A stretch of 63,491 nt of DNA, filler included, from a bacterium (GTDB lineage Bacteria; UBA9089; CG2-30-40-21; SBAY01): assembly GCA_040757115.1 (NCBI GenBank). It is 10 parts of 10 records of this genome, joined end to end, with 100 filler letters (N's around TTAATTAATTAA, not from the genome) between each part and the next. Parts side by side here need not be neighbours in the genome. Positions count along the whole stretch, not along the records: positions 44,964 to 51,087 come from JBFLYA010000220.1; positions 51,188 to 57,301 come from JBFLYA010000221.1; positions 57,402 to 63,491 come from JBFLYA010000222.1; 7 more parts are not named here. One strand, 5' to 3'. Below the pieces are notes generated by a model that saw nothing but the letters and a program-made list of their open reading frames with translations, searched no databases and was not told the origin of the DNA. Made by a program: the position numbers and the translations under genes. Shown here piece by piece: positions 49,851-60,251 of the stretch (within the stretch, counting starts at the first letter, position 1; the number at the start of each line of letters is the position of its first letter).

Positions 49851-51080
49851 TCATTTCCACCACTTCTTAGGTTTAACCTTATCAATTCTTTCGATAAGTC
49901 TATCTGCAAGTTGAGTAATACTCTTAGAAATATCACTTTTAGGGTTTTTAATAATAAAAGGCACGCCTTCGTTTATGGAAGGGATAGCCACAGGACCATT
50001 ACTTGGAATTAATTCGAGGATAGGCACAGAAAGGGCTTCTTTTACCTCCTTCATAGAAATGCCCATTTTGGTATTAGCTCGATTGAGAACTAATTTTACC
50101 TTAGGCATAAATCCAAGTTTTTCCATTATTTCTAATGATAGTTTTGCGTTTTTAATTGTAGGAATATCGAGGGTAAGCAATAAAATAATTATATCCGCAC
50201 TGGTTAAGGCAACTAAAATAGACTCAGATAAAATTCGACTGCAATCAATAATGGTGTAATGGTATTTATTACGGATTAGTTTTAGAATTTTTTCTATGTG
50301 TTCGCCGCTAACTAAATCTGCCTCTTCTGGGGTTAGTGGTGCAGGTAAAATGGCGAGTTTATCCCGATATTTAATCAGATAGGATTCTAATAATTCATCA
50401 TCTATCTCGCCTAATTCATTAATCTCTTTAGTTAAGCCGGTAATAGTTTTAGTTGGAGACAAATTAAGCATAATGGCAACATCACCAAATTGTAAGTCAA
50501 GATCTATCAAGGCAACTTTTTTATTTTGGGGATGAAGGGACTCAGCCATACATACGGCTAAATTAGTGCTTAATAGAGTTCTCCCAACACCGCCTTTTGC
50601 CCCGAAAACTGCAATTATTTTGCTTTTCACTATAGGAGCAGGCGTAACCGCCGTGGTCTCTATTTTTTCCCGTCTTTGATTATTTAACTCAAATATCTCA
50701 ATTATGACCTTATGTAACTCAAGTTGGTCTATTGGATGAACTAAAAAGGAGCGGACGCCACTTAACATCGCTTTCTTCAATTCATCCGGGGTTAAAGAAC
50801 GGTCACTGAGAGTTATCACACTTGAGCCTGGAAATGTCCGCGCTATTCCACAGGAGGCATTTAGACCTTCGATATTAGTGCTCAGGAGGATAATATCTGG
50901 TGAGAATTTTGTGGCTAATGTTTCTATATCCCTGAAACTATCTGCTTCACCAACTATTTGTAGGTCTTTATCCCCTAAAATAAGTTTAGATTCTGGGGTT
51001 ACTTGAAATAATAACTTTTTTAATTCTAATCGTGTCTTTAAATCTGCATCAGCAACAAGTATTTTTATCATTTGTGCCAT
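49851..51080 (-). CDS. CpaE/TadZ-like protein (receiver-like domain + MinD-type ATPase)
   Basis: REC-like N-terminus; GAKGGVGRT, LIDLDLQFGD, VLNR, SINEGVP. Confidence 0.85.
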   Translation of the reverse strand: MAQMIKILVADADLKTRLELKKLLFQVTPESKLILGDKDLQIVGEADSFRDIETLATKFSPDIILLSTNIEGLNASCGIARTFPGSSVITLSDRSLTPDELKKAMLSGVRSFLVHPIDQLELHKVIIEIFELNNQRREKIETTAVTPAPIVKSKIIAVFGAKGGVGRTLLSTNLAVCMAESLHPQNKKVALIDLDLQFGDVAIMLNLSPTKTITGLTKEINELGEIDDELLESYLIKYRDKLAILPAPLTPEEADLVSGEHIEKILKLIRNKYHYTIIDCSRILSESILVALTSADIIILLLTLDIPTIKNAKLSLEIMEKLGFMPKVKLVLNRANTKMGISMKEVKEALSVPILELIPSNGPVAIPSINEGVPFIIKNPKSDISKSITQLADRLIERIDKVKPKKWWK

Positions 51081-51299
51081 TATTTTANNNNNNNNNNNNN
51101 NNNNNNNNNNNNNNNNNNNNNNNNNNNNNNNTTAATTAATTAANNNNNNNNNNNNNNNNNNNNNNNNNNNNNNNNNNNNNNNNNNNNATAGAAGGAGGCC
51201 AATGTCAATCATTTTTGTTAAAAAATCTACAGATTTTTTAACAGATTAACTACTGATATATCAAGGGGTTAACGCTATTCTGGTTAGCTCACTTGCCGA

Positions 51300-51794
51300 T
51301 TGCAGGTTTATATGTTAGGCTCAATGGGTCTTGCTGCTTCAATTGGTATTGGAATTGCAATCAATGTACCCACTAAACCAGTAATAATTATAGAAGGTGA
51401 TGGTAATTTTTTAATGAATCCTACAAATATGTTTTTAGCTGGGGAATATGCGTTAAAAAATTTGATTCATATTATTATAGATAACAACATGTATAAATCT
51501 ACCGGGGGACAAAAAATATTGAATTCCCAACTTAATATTGCACATTTAGCGCAATTAAGTAATTATCGTAAATGTCATTTTATTACTAATGTTGAAGATC
51601 TAGAAAAAGATATAAAAAATGCAATTACCAGCTTAAACGGTCCATATTTATTTCATTTAAAAATAACAAGGGATATCAATGAACTGTATCCAAGAGTAGA
51701 TATTAAACTTAAGGAAATGAAGGACAGATTCATGAAATTTCTATGTAACTATTCAGCAAAAAGTCAAAAGGAATGCGGAAATGATTGTGGATAA
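51300..51794 (+). pseudogene. TPP-binding subunit of phosphonopyruvate/sulfopyruvate decarboxylase type, 5' degraded; 3' end read from an IS66 end
   Basis: YMLGSMGLAASIG, EGDGNFLM, DNNMYKSTGGQ, KDRFM; GTAACTATTCAG at 51745. Confidence 0.65.
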
Positions 51795-52180
51795 GATTTA
51801 AATTTTTGCCATTATGTTCCGATAATTTAATTTTTAAATAGAAAGAACACACGAGGCATCAATTCTCGGTGAATTTTTAGAGACTGAATTCACCTATGTT
51901 TAGGAGAGATAGAAAAAAATATTTTTCGTAAAGATTTTGAGAGGAAAATAAGGAATAATGAGTCTCTATCTAATTTTTCACCGAGAATTGCTGACACACG
52001 AGGGTAATTAATTGACAATAGAAAATATAAATGTGGATGTGATAGTTAAAAGAGTAAAAAGAGTTCTCAAAGAAGAAAGGGAGTTATCGTCGTCTGTAAA
52101 GTCTATAATTAAATTGCTGGCTATAGTGGTGACATTACTGGGCAATCGATAAATCTTAACAGCTGAAACAATAGGAGGCT
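51745..52180 (+). mobile_element. IS66-family remnant: left TIR plus transposase N-terminal fragment (52012-52152)
   Basis: GTAACTATTCAG; LTIENINVDVIVKRVKRVLKEERELSSSVKSIIKLL...NR*. Confidence 0.6.
51857..51993. mobile_element. 137-bp MITE with 10-bp TSD ACACACGAGG
   Basis: CATCAATTCTCGGTGAA ... TTCACCGAGAATTGCTG; TSD 51847-51856 and 51994-52003. Confidence 0.9.
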
Positions 52181-52346
52181 GAGAATTGTCATTTTTTGAT
52201 TTTCATTATTTGGAAACCCACGTAAAGAGAGGGGGGGTATTTATTCAAAATTTGCATTGTTGGTCAGTCTGGTGACAAAAATCTTTCTTTTACGAGTAAC
52301 CAGAGTGAAAATGATATTCGAATGACAAAAGTTTAGCAAAAGATTT

Positions 52347-54006
52347 CGACCTGTGAAATAGGTTTTAAAGGAAAAGGGAAAAACCTCCGATAATATATAT
52401 ATCCAGTAGAAACAAAAACTGGCTATATAAAGAAAAGGGGGTTAGGTAAAATGAGAAAGAAAATGAAGATTTTGGTATCGATCGAGGATGAATTTGGCAA
52501 TGAAGAAATACAACCTGTAACAATTGAGGCAGATGTACCTGATTACAAGGAATTTGAGAATTTCAGGCAAGGCTTTGATGTGTATGAAAGAGCAGTTTTG
52601 AGAGCTCGAAAAGAAGCTACAGAAGAGGCTACAGAGAGATATATGGAGGGAATGTCTAAAAAAAAAGCCATGATGAGAATGAACGAATTAGAGGAGAAGT
52701 AACTGAAAACGATTCAGAATACAAGATTGAGGCAGAATTAGGAAGATTAAGTTCAAAAACACATATAATTAGTAAGGATCAAAAGGTAGTATTTGACACT
52801 TCAAGGGATTATTTTGAACCAATATGTTCACGGGAATCTTATCGGACAGCATGTTTTGATGAGGTTTTGCTATCGTTAGTAAAAGATGAATCTTATAGAG
52901 ACAGTGAGAAGAAAATAAACCGTATCAGGTGGCAAGAAAAGGACATTACCCAATCAAGGACAATAGCCAATATTGTAGAAGTAGAAGGGAGCAAAATAGA
53001 CCAGGAGATTGAGAAGAGGAGTGATAAGATACTGGAGGCATACGGTTTTGATCGGGATGGCCAACCTAAAGGATGGGATGGGAGTTCCAGAATAGAGATA
53101 GAAACAGAATTAATAAGTGAAGAGATAGTCCAGAGGACAATAGAAGAATACAATAAAGGCAAAGAAGAGGAATTACAAATATCTGCATCTGAGTTAAATG
53201 AAACATACGAGAATCCTTGGACATGTGTAAATATATCAATAGACGAGGTAGGGGTAAAGAAGCAGAAAGAGAATGGAAGGAAACCGAATTGTCCGAGGAA
53301 AGAAGGGAAAGAATATGTGAGAAATAGTATTATCCAAGTCCAGAAAGTGGGGAGTGGGTATATACTTAATGGGTTAGGGATAGTTGAGACGATAAGGAGA
53401 TTAATCGCCTTTCTCTTGCATAATGATTTGCTAAGGAAAGGGAGTTTATTATTTTTTGTGGATGGAGCAAAGGATTTGCATTCAGCAATAAAATCAATGT
53501 TTGGTTGGATACCATATAGAATTATTCTTGATTGGTATCATTTAGTTAAGAAGTGTGAAATGCAGTTAAGTCTTGGTTTAAAAAACAAGGGAATTCGGAA
53601 TGAGATACTTAGGAAGGTAAGGGGTTATTTATGGGTAGGAAAGATTGACCATGCGGTTAAGGTCTTGGGAGCGGTTGAAGAAAAGGATATTAAATCACAG
53701 GTAGCCATTGATTGCTTAATTAGTTATTTTGAGAGGAATCGAAGCTATATTCCTTGTTATGGACTCAGGAAAAGACTTGGGTTGCGAATATCCAGCAATA
53801 GAGGAGAGAAAGCAAATGATCTTGCTGTAGCGGATCGGCAAAAACATAATGGTATGAGTTGGAGTAAAAAAGGGTCAAGTGCTTTGGCTTCAGTTATTAC
53901 CTTGCACCAAAACAATGAACAAGATAATTGGATTAAGAAGAGGCAGATACTCTTTGAGCTAAAAAAGGCTGCATAAATAAAAAGGATAGACCTATTTCAC
54001 AGGTCG
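52347..54006 (+). mobile_element. Complete ISKra4/ISLre2-like IS (1660 bp), 17-bp TIR, 8-bp TSD AAAGATTT
   Basis: CGACCTGTGAAATAGGT/ACCTATTTCACAGGTCG; TSD 52339-52346 and 54007-54014. Confidence 0.92.
52451..53976 (+). CDS. DDE transposase, ORF1 and ORF2 joined by a -1 frameshift at A9 (52658-52666)
   Basis: ISIDEV, FVDGA, LDWYHL, SSNRGEKAN...RQKHNGMSWS; the -1 frame is open from the A-run to 53976. Confidence 0.85.
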
Positions 54007-54274
54007 AAAGATTTCAGGTGGTTTCAGGTTTTTGGAAGGGACTAAAATATTTTGCCGTATCCGTAGTTACATTTCAACTTGTGGGAAAAAATGGAATTGG
54101 TTCGATTCAATTTCTGACTTTATTATTCCAAGAGGAATTATCAGAGTTTAGGAGATAATTGTGCTGAATAGAGGTTAACTACAATTGACATTATTATAGC
54201 AAATCCCATGAGTCTTTTTCAATAAGAGAAATATCTAAATAAGTATTATACGAGTTACAATAAAGGTATATATT

Positions 54275-55477
54275 ATGGAAAATAGAATAAAGGAAAAAAT
54301 AATAAGAATTGCGCAGCAAAAGAGTTTTACAAACAAACCATTTTTTTATTTATATGATATTAAAAAAATCAAAAAGCAATTGTCTATGCTTAAACAAAGT
54401 ATACTTCCTAATGTTTCGATATACTATGCAATTAAAGCAAATTCAAATAAGGAAATTCTAAAAATTATAAAAAATAATAAAGTTATTAAAGGCTTTGAAG
54501 TAGCATCTGTTGGAGAGTTAGAAAAGGCGTTAACAGAAGTTGAGGCTGCCCAAGTATTATTCACTGGTCCTGGTAAGCGCGTTCCTGAGCTGTTCGAAGC
54601 CGTTAAGCAGAGGATACGATTCATTAATGTTGAATCGCTAACAGAAATTCATAGAATTAACCAGATTGCACAAGAACAGAAAGTTGGAAAAGTTGACATT
54701 TTAATCAGGATTAATCCTAATTACAGGATACAAAATTCAGTTTTGGAAATGACAGGATTTTCTACTAAGCTTGGAATAGATGAAAGATACATACCAGAAG
54801 TCATTGAGCAAATAAAAAAAATAGATCATATTAATGTAAAAGGGATACACGTGTTTGCAGCGAGTGGTATTCTTGATTATAATGTCATAGTTGATTATAT
54901 AAAATATATTTTTAATCTGGTTTCCTGGCTCGAAAGGGATGTCCAAAAACTTGATATTGTTGATTTTGGTGGAGGTCTGGGAATTGATTATTTTAGTACT
55001 GGAAAAAAATTTGATACTTCCGCTTTTTTCAGCGAATTAAACGATTTGATCATAAAATACAAATTTCAGAATAAAGAATTCATTCTGGAATTAGGCAGGT
55101 ATATTGTAGGTAAAGCAGGATATTATGTTTCTGAAATCATCGATATCAAAGAATCGTATAATAAAAAACAAGTTATACTGTCAGGCGGTATTAATCATTT
55201 ACGTCTTATTAAGAAACATCCCTTCACAATAATTCACATGGCTAAAGATTGTGTGTATGAAGAACAACCCTTTGTTAATAAGAATGTTGTTGATATTAAT
55301 GGGCCATTGTGTTTTAATGGAGACAAATTATATGATGATCTATTTATTGATTGTGCACATATAGGTGATTTATTTGTTGTTCATTTGGTTGGGGCATATG
55401 GATATAATATGGCCTCTCTGAATTTTCTTGAACATCCTAAACCTGAAGAGGTTTTTTATTACAGTGAAGGAGAATAG
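54275..55477 (+). CDS. Fold-type III PLP-dependent decarboxylase (LysA/SbnH/BtrK-like)
   Basis: YYAIKAN, FEVASVGE, TGPGK, DFGGG, ELGRY, GPLC, GAYG. Confidence 0.9.
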   Translation: MENRIKEKIIRIAQQKSFTNKPFFYLYDIKKIKKQLSMLKQSILPNVSIYYAIKANSNKEILKIIKNNKVIKGFEVASVGELEKALTEVEAAQVLFTGPGKRVPELFEAVKQRIRFINVESLTEIHRINQIAQEQKVGKVDILIRINPNYRIQNSVLEMTGFSTKLGIDERYIPEVIEQIKKIDHINVKGIHVFAASGILDYNVIVDYIKYIFNLVSWLERDVQKLDIVDFGGGLGIDYFSTGKKFDTSAFFSELNDLIIKYKFQNKEFILELGRYIVGKAGYYVSEIIDIKESYNKKQVILSGGINHLRLIKKHPFTIIHMAKDCVYEEQPFVNKNVVDINGPLCFNGDKLYDDLFIDCAHIGDLFVVHLVGAYGYNMASLNFLEHPKPEEVFYYSEGE

Positions 55478-55478
55478 T

Positions 55479-57149
55479 ATGTCTTCATCTACTAATAGTT
55501 TGTTAATAAATTATGTAAGTAATCTGGAATTGTTAAGCGGTTTAATCCCAGATATAGGACTGGCTACTTTGGCTGGCGCCCTTAAAGCAAATGGACATAA
55601 AGTCAAAATTATTGATTATGCTACCATAGATATGATTGACAGACTAGAGCCTACACCTGAGTTGAAACTAGAATATAATGCAATAGTAGGACCACTGGCA
55701 ATCTATTTTCAAAATAATTATCCAATCCCTGATGACATTTTAAAAGGTTTTAATTATGACAAATATCTGAAACTTCTAGAAAGCGAAAAGGCGGAAAGAC
55801 AAATTGTATTAAAGGAAATAATACACGAGCTCTGTAAGGAGATCGAGAATTCTAATATTGATTTTTTAGGATTTAAATTATGGGCCGGGGATGCTTTTGA
55901 AGAAACTTTAATAATTGCTGAATATTTAAAAGCAAAATTTCCTAATCTGAAGATTTTCGGTGGGGGACCACTAGTTGATTGGTTAAAAGAAATTATTTTT
56001 AGTAAAACCCATGCGTTTGATATCGTAGTTTTTGGTGAAGGCGATGAAACGATTGTAAAATTAGCCGATTATTGCCTTAAAAAAGAAAAATTAGAAAATA
56101 TTCCCAATATTATTTTCAGGAATGGTGCTAAAATAAAAATTAATGATAGTGTCATTGTAGAAAATCTAGAAAAGAATTATAAACCCTGTTACTCCCCAGA
56201 AATTTATCCTGCCTTAGCCGGTAACAATAAATTAAAAGTATTTATGCTTGAGGAAAGTAGAGGCTGTCCCTATTTATGTAATTTTTGTGCACATCCGCTT
56301 AAATCAGGTAAGAAGTGGCGTATCAAATCTGCAGATAATATAACAGAAGAAATGGAAAGTATAATTGCTCATCACAATTCTAATACATTTAGATTTTGTG
56401 GTTCCAGTACACCAGCAAGACTACAAACCAGGATTGCTAAAAAAATCATCGAAAAAGGATTGCAGGTCAGGTATAGTAGTTTTGCCCATTTTCAAGATTA
56501 TAATAAATGCAACTTTGAGTTGCTGAGTTGTGCAGGATGTAAATCTTTATTATTCGGGTTAGAATCAGGAAGTCCTAAAATACAGAAGCATATAATGAAT
56601 AAGGTTATTAAAATTGAAAATGCAAAAAAAATCATAGAGGAATGCCGAAGGAATAAGATTCAGACTGTTATTTCTATAATATATCCAGCTCCCAAAGAGA
56701 CAATAGAAACAATGCAAATGACAATCGAAGCATTGAAACATATCAGACCTGATTCGGTTTTTACTTGTATTCCGGTTATTGTACCATATACAAAATGGTT
56801 TAATTATCCAGAAGAATATAATATTGATATTGATTCTAAAATACAGTATATTGAAATGATTTCCAGTTACAAACCGCGGTATAATGGTCATCCTATTCTA
56901 TGGAGATCAGGGGTGCATAGAGTAAATGGTTTGGACTATAAACAGCAAACCTTAAAATGCGGTATTATGATTAATGAATTGAAAAAAAATAATTTTTATA
57001 CTCAGATTACAGAAGAAGAAATACTATTTGCCTCGGTTCTTGGGATTTCTGCTGCCGAACTGGCATATAAGTATCAGAAAATTAGGCAAGATGGCGATAT
57101 TATCGCATTATGGCAACTAGTAACGGATATTAATAATAATTGTAAATAA
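55479..57149 (+). CDS. B12-binding radical SAM enzyme
   Basis: PDIGLATLAG, GGP, GEGD, ESRGCPYLCNFC, GLESGS. Confidence 0.9.
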   Translation: MSSSTNSLLINYVSNLELLSGLIPDIGLATLAGALKANGHKVKIIDYATIDMIDRLEPTPELKLEYNAIVGPLAIYFQNNYPIPDDILKGFNYDKYLKLLESEKAERQIVLKEIIHELCKEIENSNIDFLGFKLWAGDAFEETLIIAEYLKAKFPNLKIFGGGPLVDWLKEIIFSKTHAFDIVVFGEGDETIVKLADYCLKKEKLENIPNIIFRNGAKIKINDSVIVENLEKNYKPCYSPEIYPALAGNNKLKVFMLEESRGCPYLCNFCAHPLKSGKKWRIKSADNITEEMESIIAHHNSNTFRFCGSSTPARLQTRIAKKIIEKGLQVRYSSFAHFQDYNKCNFELLSCAGCKSLLFGLESGSPKIQKHIMNKVIKIENAKKIIEECRRNKIQTVISIIYPAPKETIETMQMTIEALKHIRPDSVFTCIPVIVPYTKWFNYPEEYNIDIDSKIQYIEMISSYKPRYNGHPILWRSGVHRVNGLDYKQQTLKCGIMINELKKNNFYTQITEEEILFASVLGISAAELAYKYQKIRQDGDIIALWQLVTDINNNCK

Positions 57150-57401
57150 GTTTCTAAAAATATTATTGAATTTTTTATAGGGCTTCACGAAATTAAAGAT
57201 TAGGTGCTACATAGCATAACATCGTGCACCCTATTTTAATACAAATTTATAGCAGGACATCGTGCACTCTCACCCCATGGGGTGAGAGTGCACGATGTCC
57301 TNNNNNNNNNNNNNNNNNNNNNNNNNNNNNNNNNNNNNNNNNNNNTTAATTAATTAANNNNNNNNNNNNNNNNNNNNNNNNNNNNNNNNNNNNNNNNNNN
57401 N

Positions 57402-58168
57402 ATGGTCTCTTTAGAACGAGCCCTCCTGAAAAACCTCTGGATGTAATCAACTTTCTTCTTGATGAGGAGAAAGGGCTTGAATTTAAAACACCTCCAATGC
57501 CACAAGACCTTATCCTTACTCTCCTTTACTACTGTTTCAATTATAACTCCTTAAAGGCTCCCTTATTGCTGGTTGGTCAAGATAAAGAGTGCCTTAACTT
57601 TCTTGGTTGGTTATATACCCTTCTGCCTTATTCCTTGAAAGAAAACCTCTCCTTTGATACATATTCTTATGGAGCAAACCTTGGGCTTAAGATTATGGGA
57701 ATTCCTAAAGAATCTGATTTTTATCAAGCAGTCTCCTACTCTTTAAAGATAGACCTCTTAACTTACGATTACAATCTCAACTTTGAGATTAAAGACCCTT
57801 CAAAACCCATATTAGCCCTTACCGAGATAATTGCTACAGGGAGAGAAGAGGAGATTGTCTCTATGTATCCGGCAGAATATTCTTTGAAGATGGGTGACTA
57901 TGAAAGGTTCAGGGAAAGATATATCACCTTCTCCCAAGATGTTAAAGAACTCCTCTACATATCTCATAAAGAGAGAATCTTAAATTATATAATCGACAAG
58001 AAAGACATAGAACTTCTGCAGATAATAATAAACCTCCTTTTTGAGAAAGCCGATGATAAAAAAGGATTCATCACTATGTTGATAGGTTCAATTGAAGGGA
58101 TAAAAGGAAAGAAAGAAGGGGTTGCAAAACCATCATTTTTAGAAAGGTTGTTGGGAGAAAGGGAATGA
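57402..58168 (+). CDS. Hypothetical protein (GAP1-like motif), 5' truncated
   Basis: WLYTLLPYSLKENLSFDTY; stop overlaps the start of the next gene. Confidence 0.5.
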
Positions 58169-59532
58169 AAGAAGATTTTGTCAACTATTTTTCAATACTG
58201 TGGATACTGGGTGGTGGAATCGTCCTATCTGGACTTTTAGGAGGACTTTATCGGGCAATTAATAAGGTTACAGGAAAAGATATCCGGATTTTAGAAAGAA
58301 TCGGCATTGTTATTTTGGAAGGGTCTCTTGCCAGTATTTTTGGCGGATTAGTAGGGTATTTGCTCCTTTCTTATAGTTGGGGTAGTCAAGGTATTATCTA
58401 TGGCTTTCTTATTGGATGGTTTGGAGGTGCTATTGGTGGTTTTGTTTTTGATGAAGACAATTTTGACGAAGAGAGAATAAGGATTTTTGGCATGACTGGT
58501 GGAATTTTTGGTGGTTTGATTTTTGGCGTGATTTTTGGCATGATTGCTGGCATGATTGCTGGCGGGAGTGCTGGCGGGATTGCTGGCATGATTGCTGGCG
58601 GGATTGCTGGCGGGAATGCTGGTATGATTGCTGACGAGATTGCTGACGAGATTGCTAACAGGATTGCTAACAGGATTGCTGGCAGGATTGCTGGCAGGAT
58701 TGCTGGCAGGATTGCTGGCATGATTTTTGGCGTGATTGCTGGCGGGATTGCTGGCATGATTGCTGGCATGATTGCTGACGGGAGTGCTGGCGGGATTGCT
58801 GGCATGATTTTTGGCGTGATTGCTGGCGGGATTGTTGGCGGGAGTGCTGGCATGATTTTTGGCGTGATTGCTGGTGGGATTGGTGGCGCGATTTTTGGCG
58901 TGATTGGTGGCGTGATTGCTACGGCATTGAGCTATATCTCCTCCCTCTTATCAACCCCCTTCCTTATCCTTCTCATCCCTCCAATCTACCGCAGGATTAT
59001 CTGCAACAGCTGCCTTCGCTATACCGAGCCTTTAAGCTCAACCTACAACAATGGCACAAGGCATTGTGAACACTGCAAAGCCAAAGTAGAACGAACAAAA
59101 GAATGCGGCAGGGTTGTCTTTACCTTTGGTAATTCTTGGCCAAAACAGGGTAATCGGATGTTTATCCTATCTGAGCCTCCTTGTGAGGAATTTTATAACC
59201 AAGGTAGGTCTATTGATCTCTCAGAAGTCTATATTGACACAAAGACAGCAGATAAATTCCGTATTGAGCAATTCATCACCTACATTCTCAACTATCCACC
59301 ACCAAAATATGGGCTAAACTCTGTAGAGATATTTTACAAAGGCAATCTTGATGACCTTGCCCATCTTAAAAACTCAATCATGAATAATTTTAAGAGGGTA
59401 ATAAACCCTACAACGTCATTTACTAATTTTACCGCCAGTAAGCGTTCAGATACTCTGAGGTATAGGTGTCTGGTGTCTTGGTGTCTGACCACCAGACTGT
59501 TCTTCCTCCATTCCTTGCTTACATCTGCGTAG
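58165..59532 (+). CDS. Membrane protein with Gly-rich tetrapeptide repeats and a CxxC/CxxC zinc ribbon; 3' end altered by insertion
   Basis: 12-nt repeats GGCATGATTGCT (about 58490-58920); CNSC...CEHC. Confidence 0.75.
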   Translation: MKEDFVNYFSILWILGGGIVLSGLLGGLYRAINKVTGKDIRILERIGIVILEGSLASIFGGLVGYLLLSYSWGSQGIIYGFLIGWFGGAIGGFVFDEDNFDEERIRIFGMTGGIFGGLIFGVIFGMIAGMIAGGSAGGIAGMIAGGIAGGNAGMIADEIADEIANRIANRIAGRIAGRIAGRIAGMIFGVIAGGIAGMIAGMIADGSAGGIAGMIFGVIAGGIVGGSAGMIFGVIAGGIGGAIFGVIGGVIATALSYISSLLSTPFLILLIPPIYRRIICNSCLRYTEPLSSTYNNGTRHCEHCKAKVERTKECGRVVFTFGNSWPKQGNRMFILSEPPCEEFYNQGRSIDLSEVYIDTKTADKFRIEQFITYILNYPPPKYGLNSVEIFYKGNLDDLAHLKNSIMNNFKRVINPTTSFTNFTASKRSDTLRYRCLVSWCLTTRLFFLHSLLTSA

Positions 59533-59963
59533 ATAGCCAATATAACTGTTAACTTTCGCAATTAGCTCGTAACCTTCCTTCCTGAGCTGAACGCTTACGG
59601 ATTTCTCTCCGTAGCCTTCATCCATACAAACATTGATGTCGTCCAGAATTTCTTCAACCGAACCTCTTGCAATCCTGCAAAATCGTATATTCTCCTGATA
59701 ATGCCAACGTCCATGTCCTTCTACGATGTTGTTCGTGACTGAGATAATCGCCTTTCTCATCTGCGGGTCTAAACAATAGCGCTCCTCAGATGGAAGCTGT
59801 TTAATGAGCTTGTAAACATTTTGTCGGAACTTAAGTGCCAGTTGATAAAGCTCAAAATCATCCAGCCGATACTTATCGTCATTCATACCCACCTCACAGG
59901 CACTTAGACACCCAGACACCAGACCACCTGATTTGTGGATCAATCATAGATGTCGTTGTAGGG
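59406..59963 (-). mobile_element. TIR element carrying a four-helix-bundle gene; 4-bp TAAA duplication
   Basis: CCCTACAACGTCATTTA ... TAGATGTCGTTGTAGGG; TAAA at 59402-59405 and 59964-59967. Confidence 0.75.
59446..59886 (-). CDS. Four-helix-bundle protein (23S rRNA IVS/bAvd-like family)
   Basis: LPSEERYCLDPQMRKAIISVTNNIVEGHGR...FCRIARGSVEE; flanked by inverted AGACACC repeats. Confidence 0.9.
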   Translation of the reverse strand: MNDDKYRLDDFELYQLALKFRQNVYKLIKQLPSEERYCLDPQMRKAIISVTNNIVEGHGRWHYQENIRFCRIARGSVEEILDDINVCMDEGYGEKSVSVQLRKEGYELIAKVNSYIGYLRRCKQGMEEEQSGGQTPRHQTPIPQSI

Positions 59964-60251
59964 TAAATATACAATGACTTTACAATCTTTTCTTTGATAA
60001 ACCCAAAAATTGGGTGGTTTTTTTCTTGACTGTTGTTAGCAAATGATGTATTATAATTAGGGGATTAAAAGAATCACAAGAGAAACTATAGAAGGTTCAA
60101 GATGGCCACTTTACTTGCATATAAAAAGGGATGGAGTTTGCTTATGAAAGAAATACAAGAACTAATAGCACGGGCCCATCACGCTCTTAAGTCGGCAAAA
60201 ATGAAGAATCATTTATTACATACCCTTTGGAGACATAGAGGAGGGTAGAAA

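Noticed and set aside
57254-57301. Perfect 48-bp palindrome
   Set aside because: Ends exactly at a contig end with no loop; typical assembly fold-back artefact
58398-58853. Pro/Ala repeat ORF on the minus strand
   Set aside because: Shadow of the 12-nt Gly-rich repeats of the plus-strand gene
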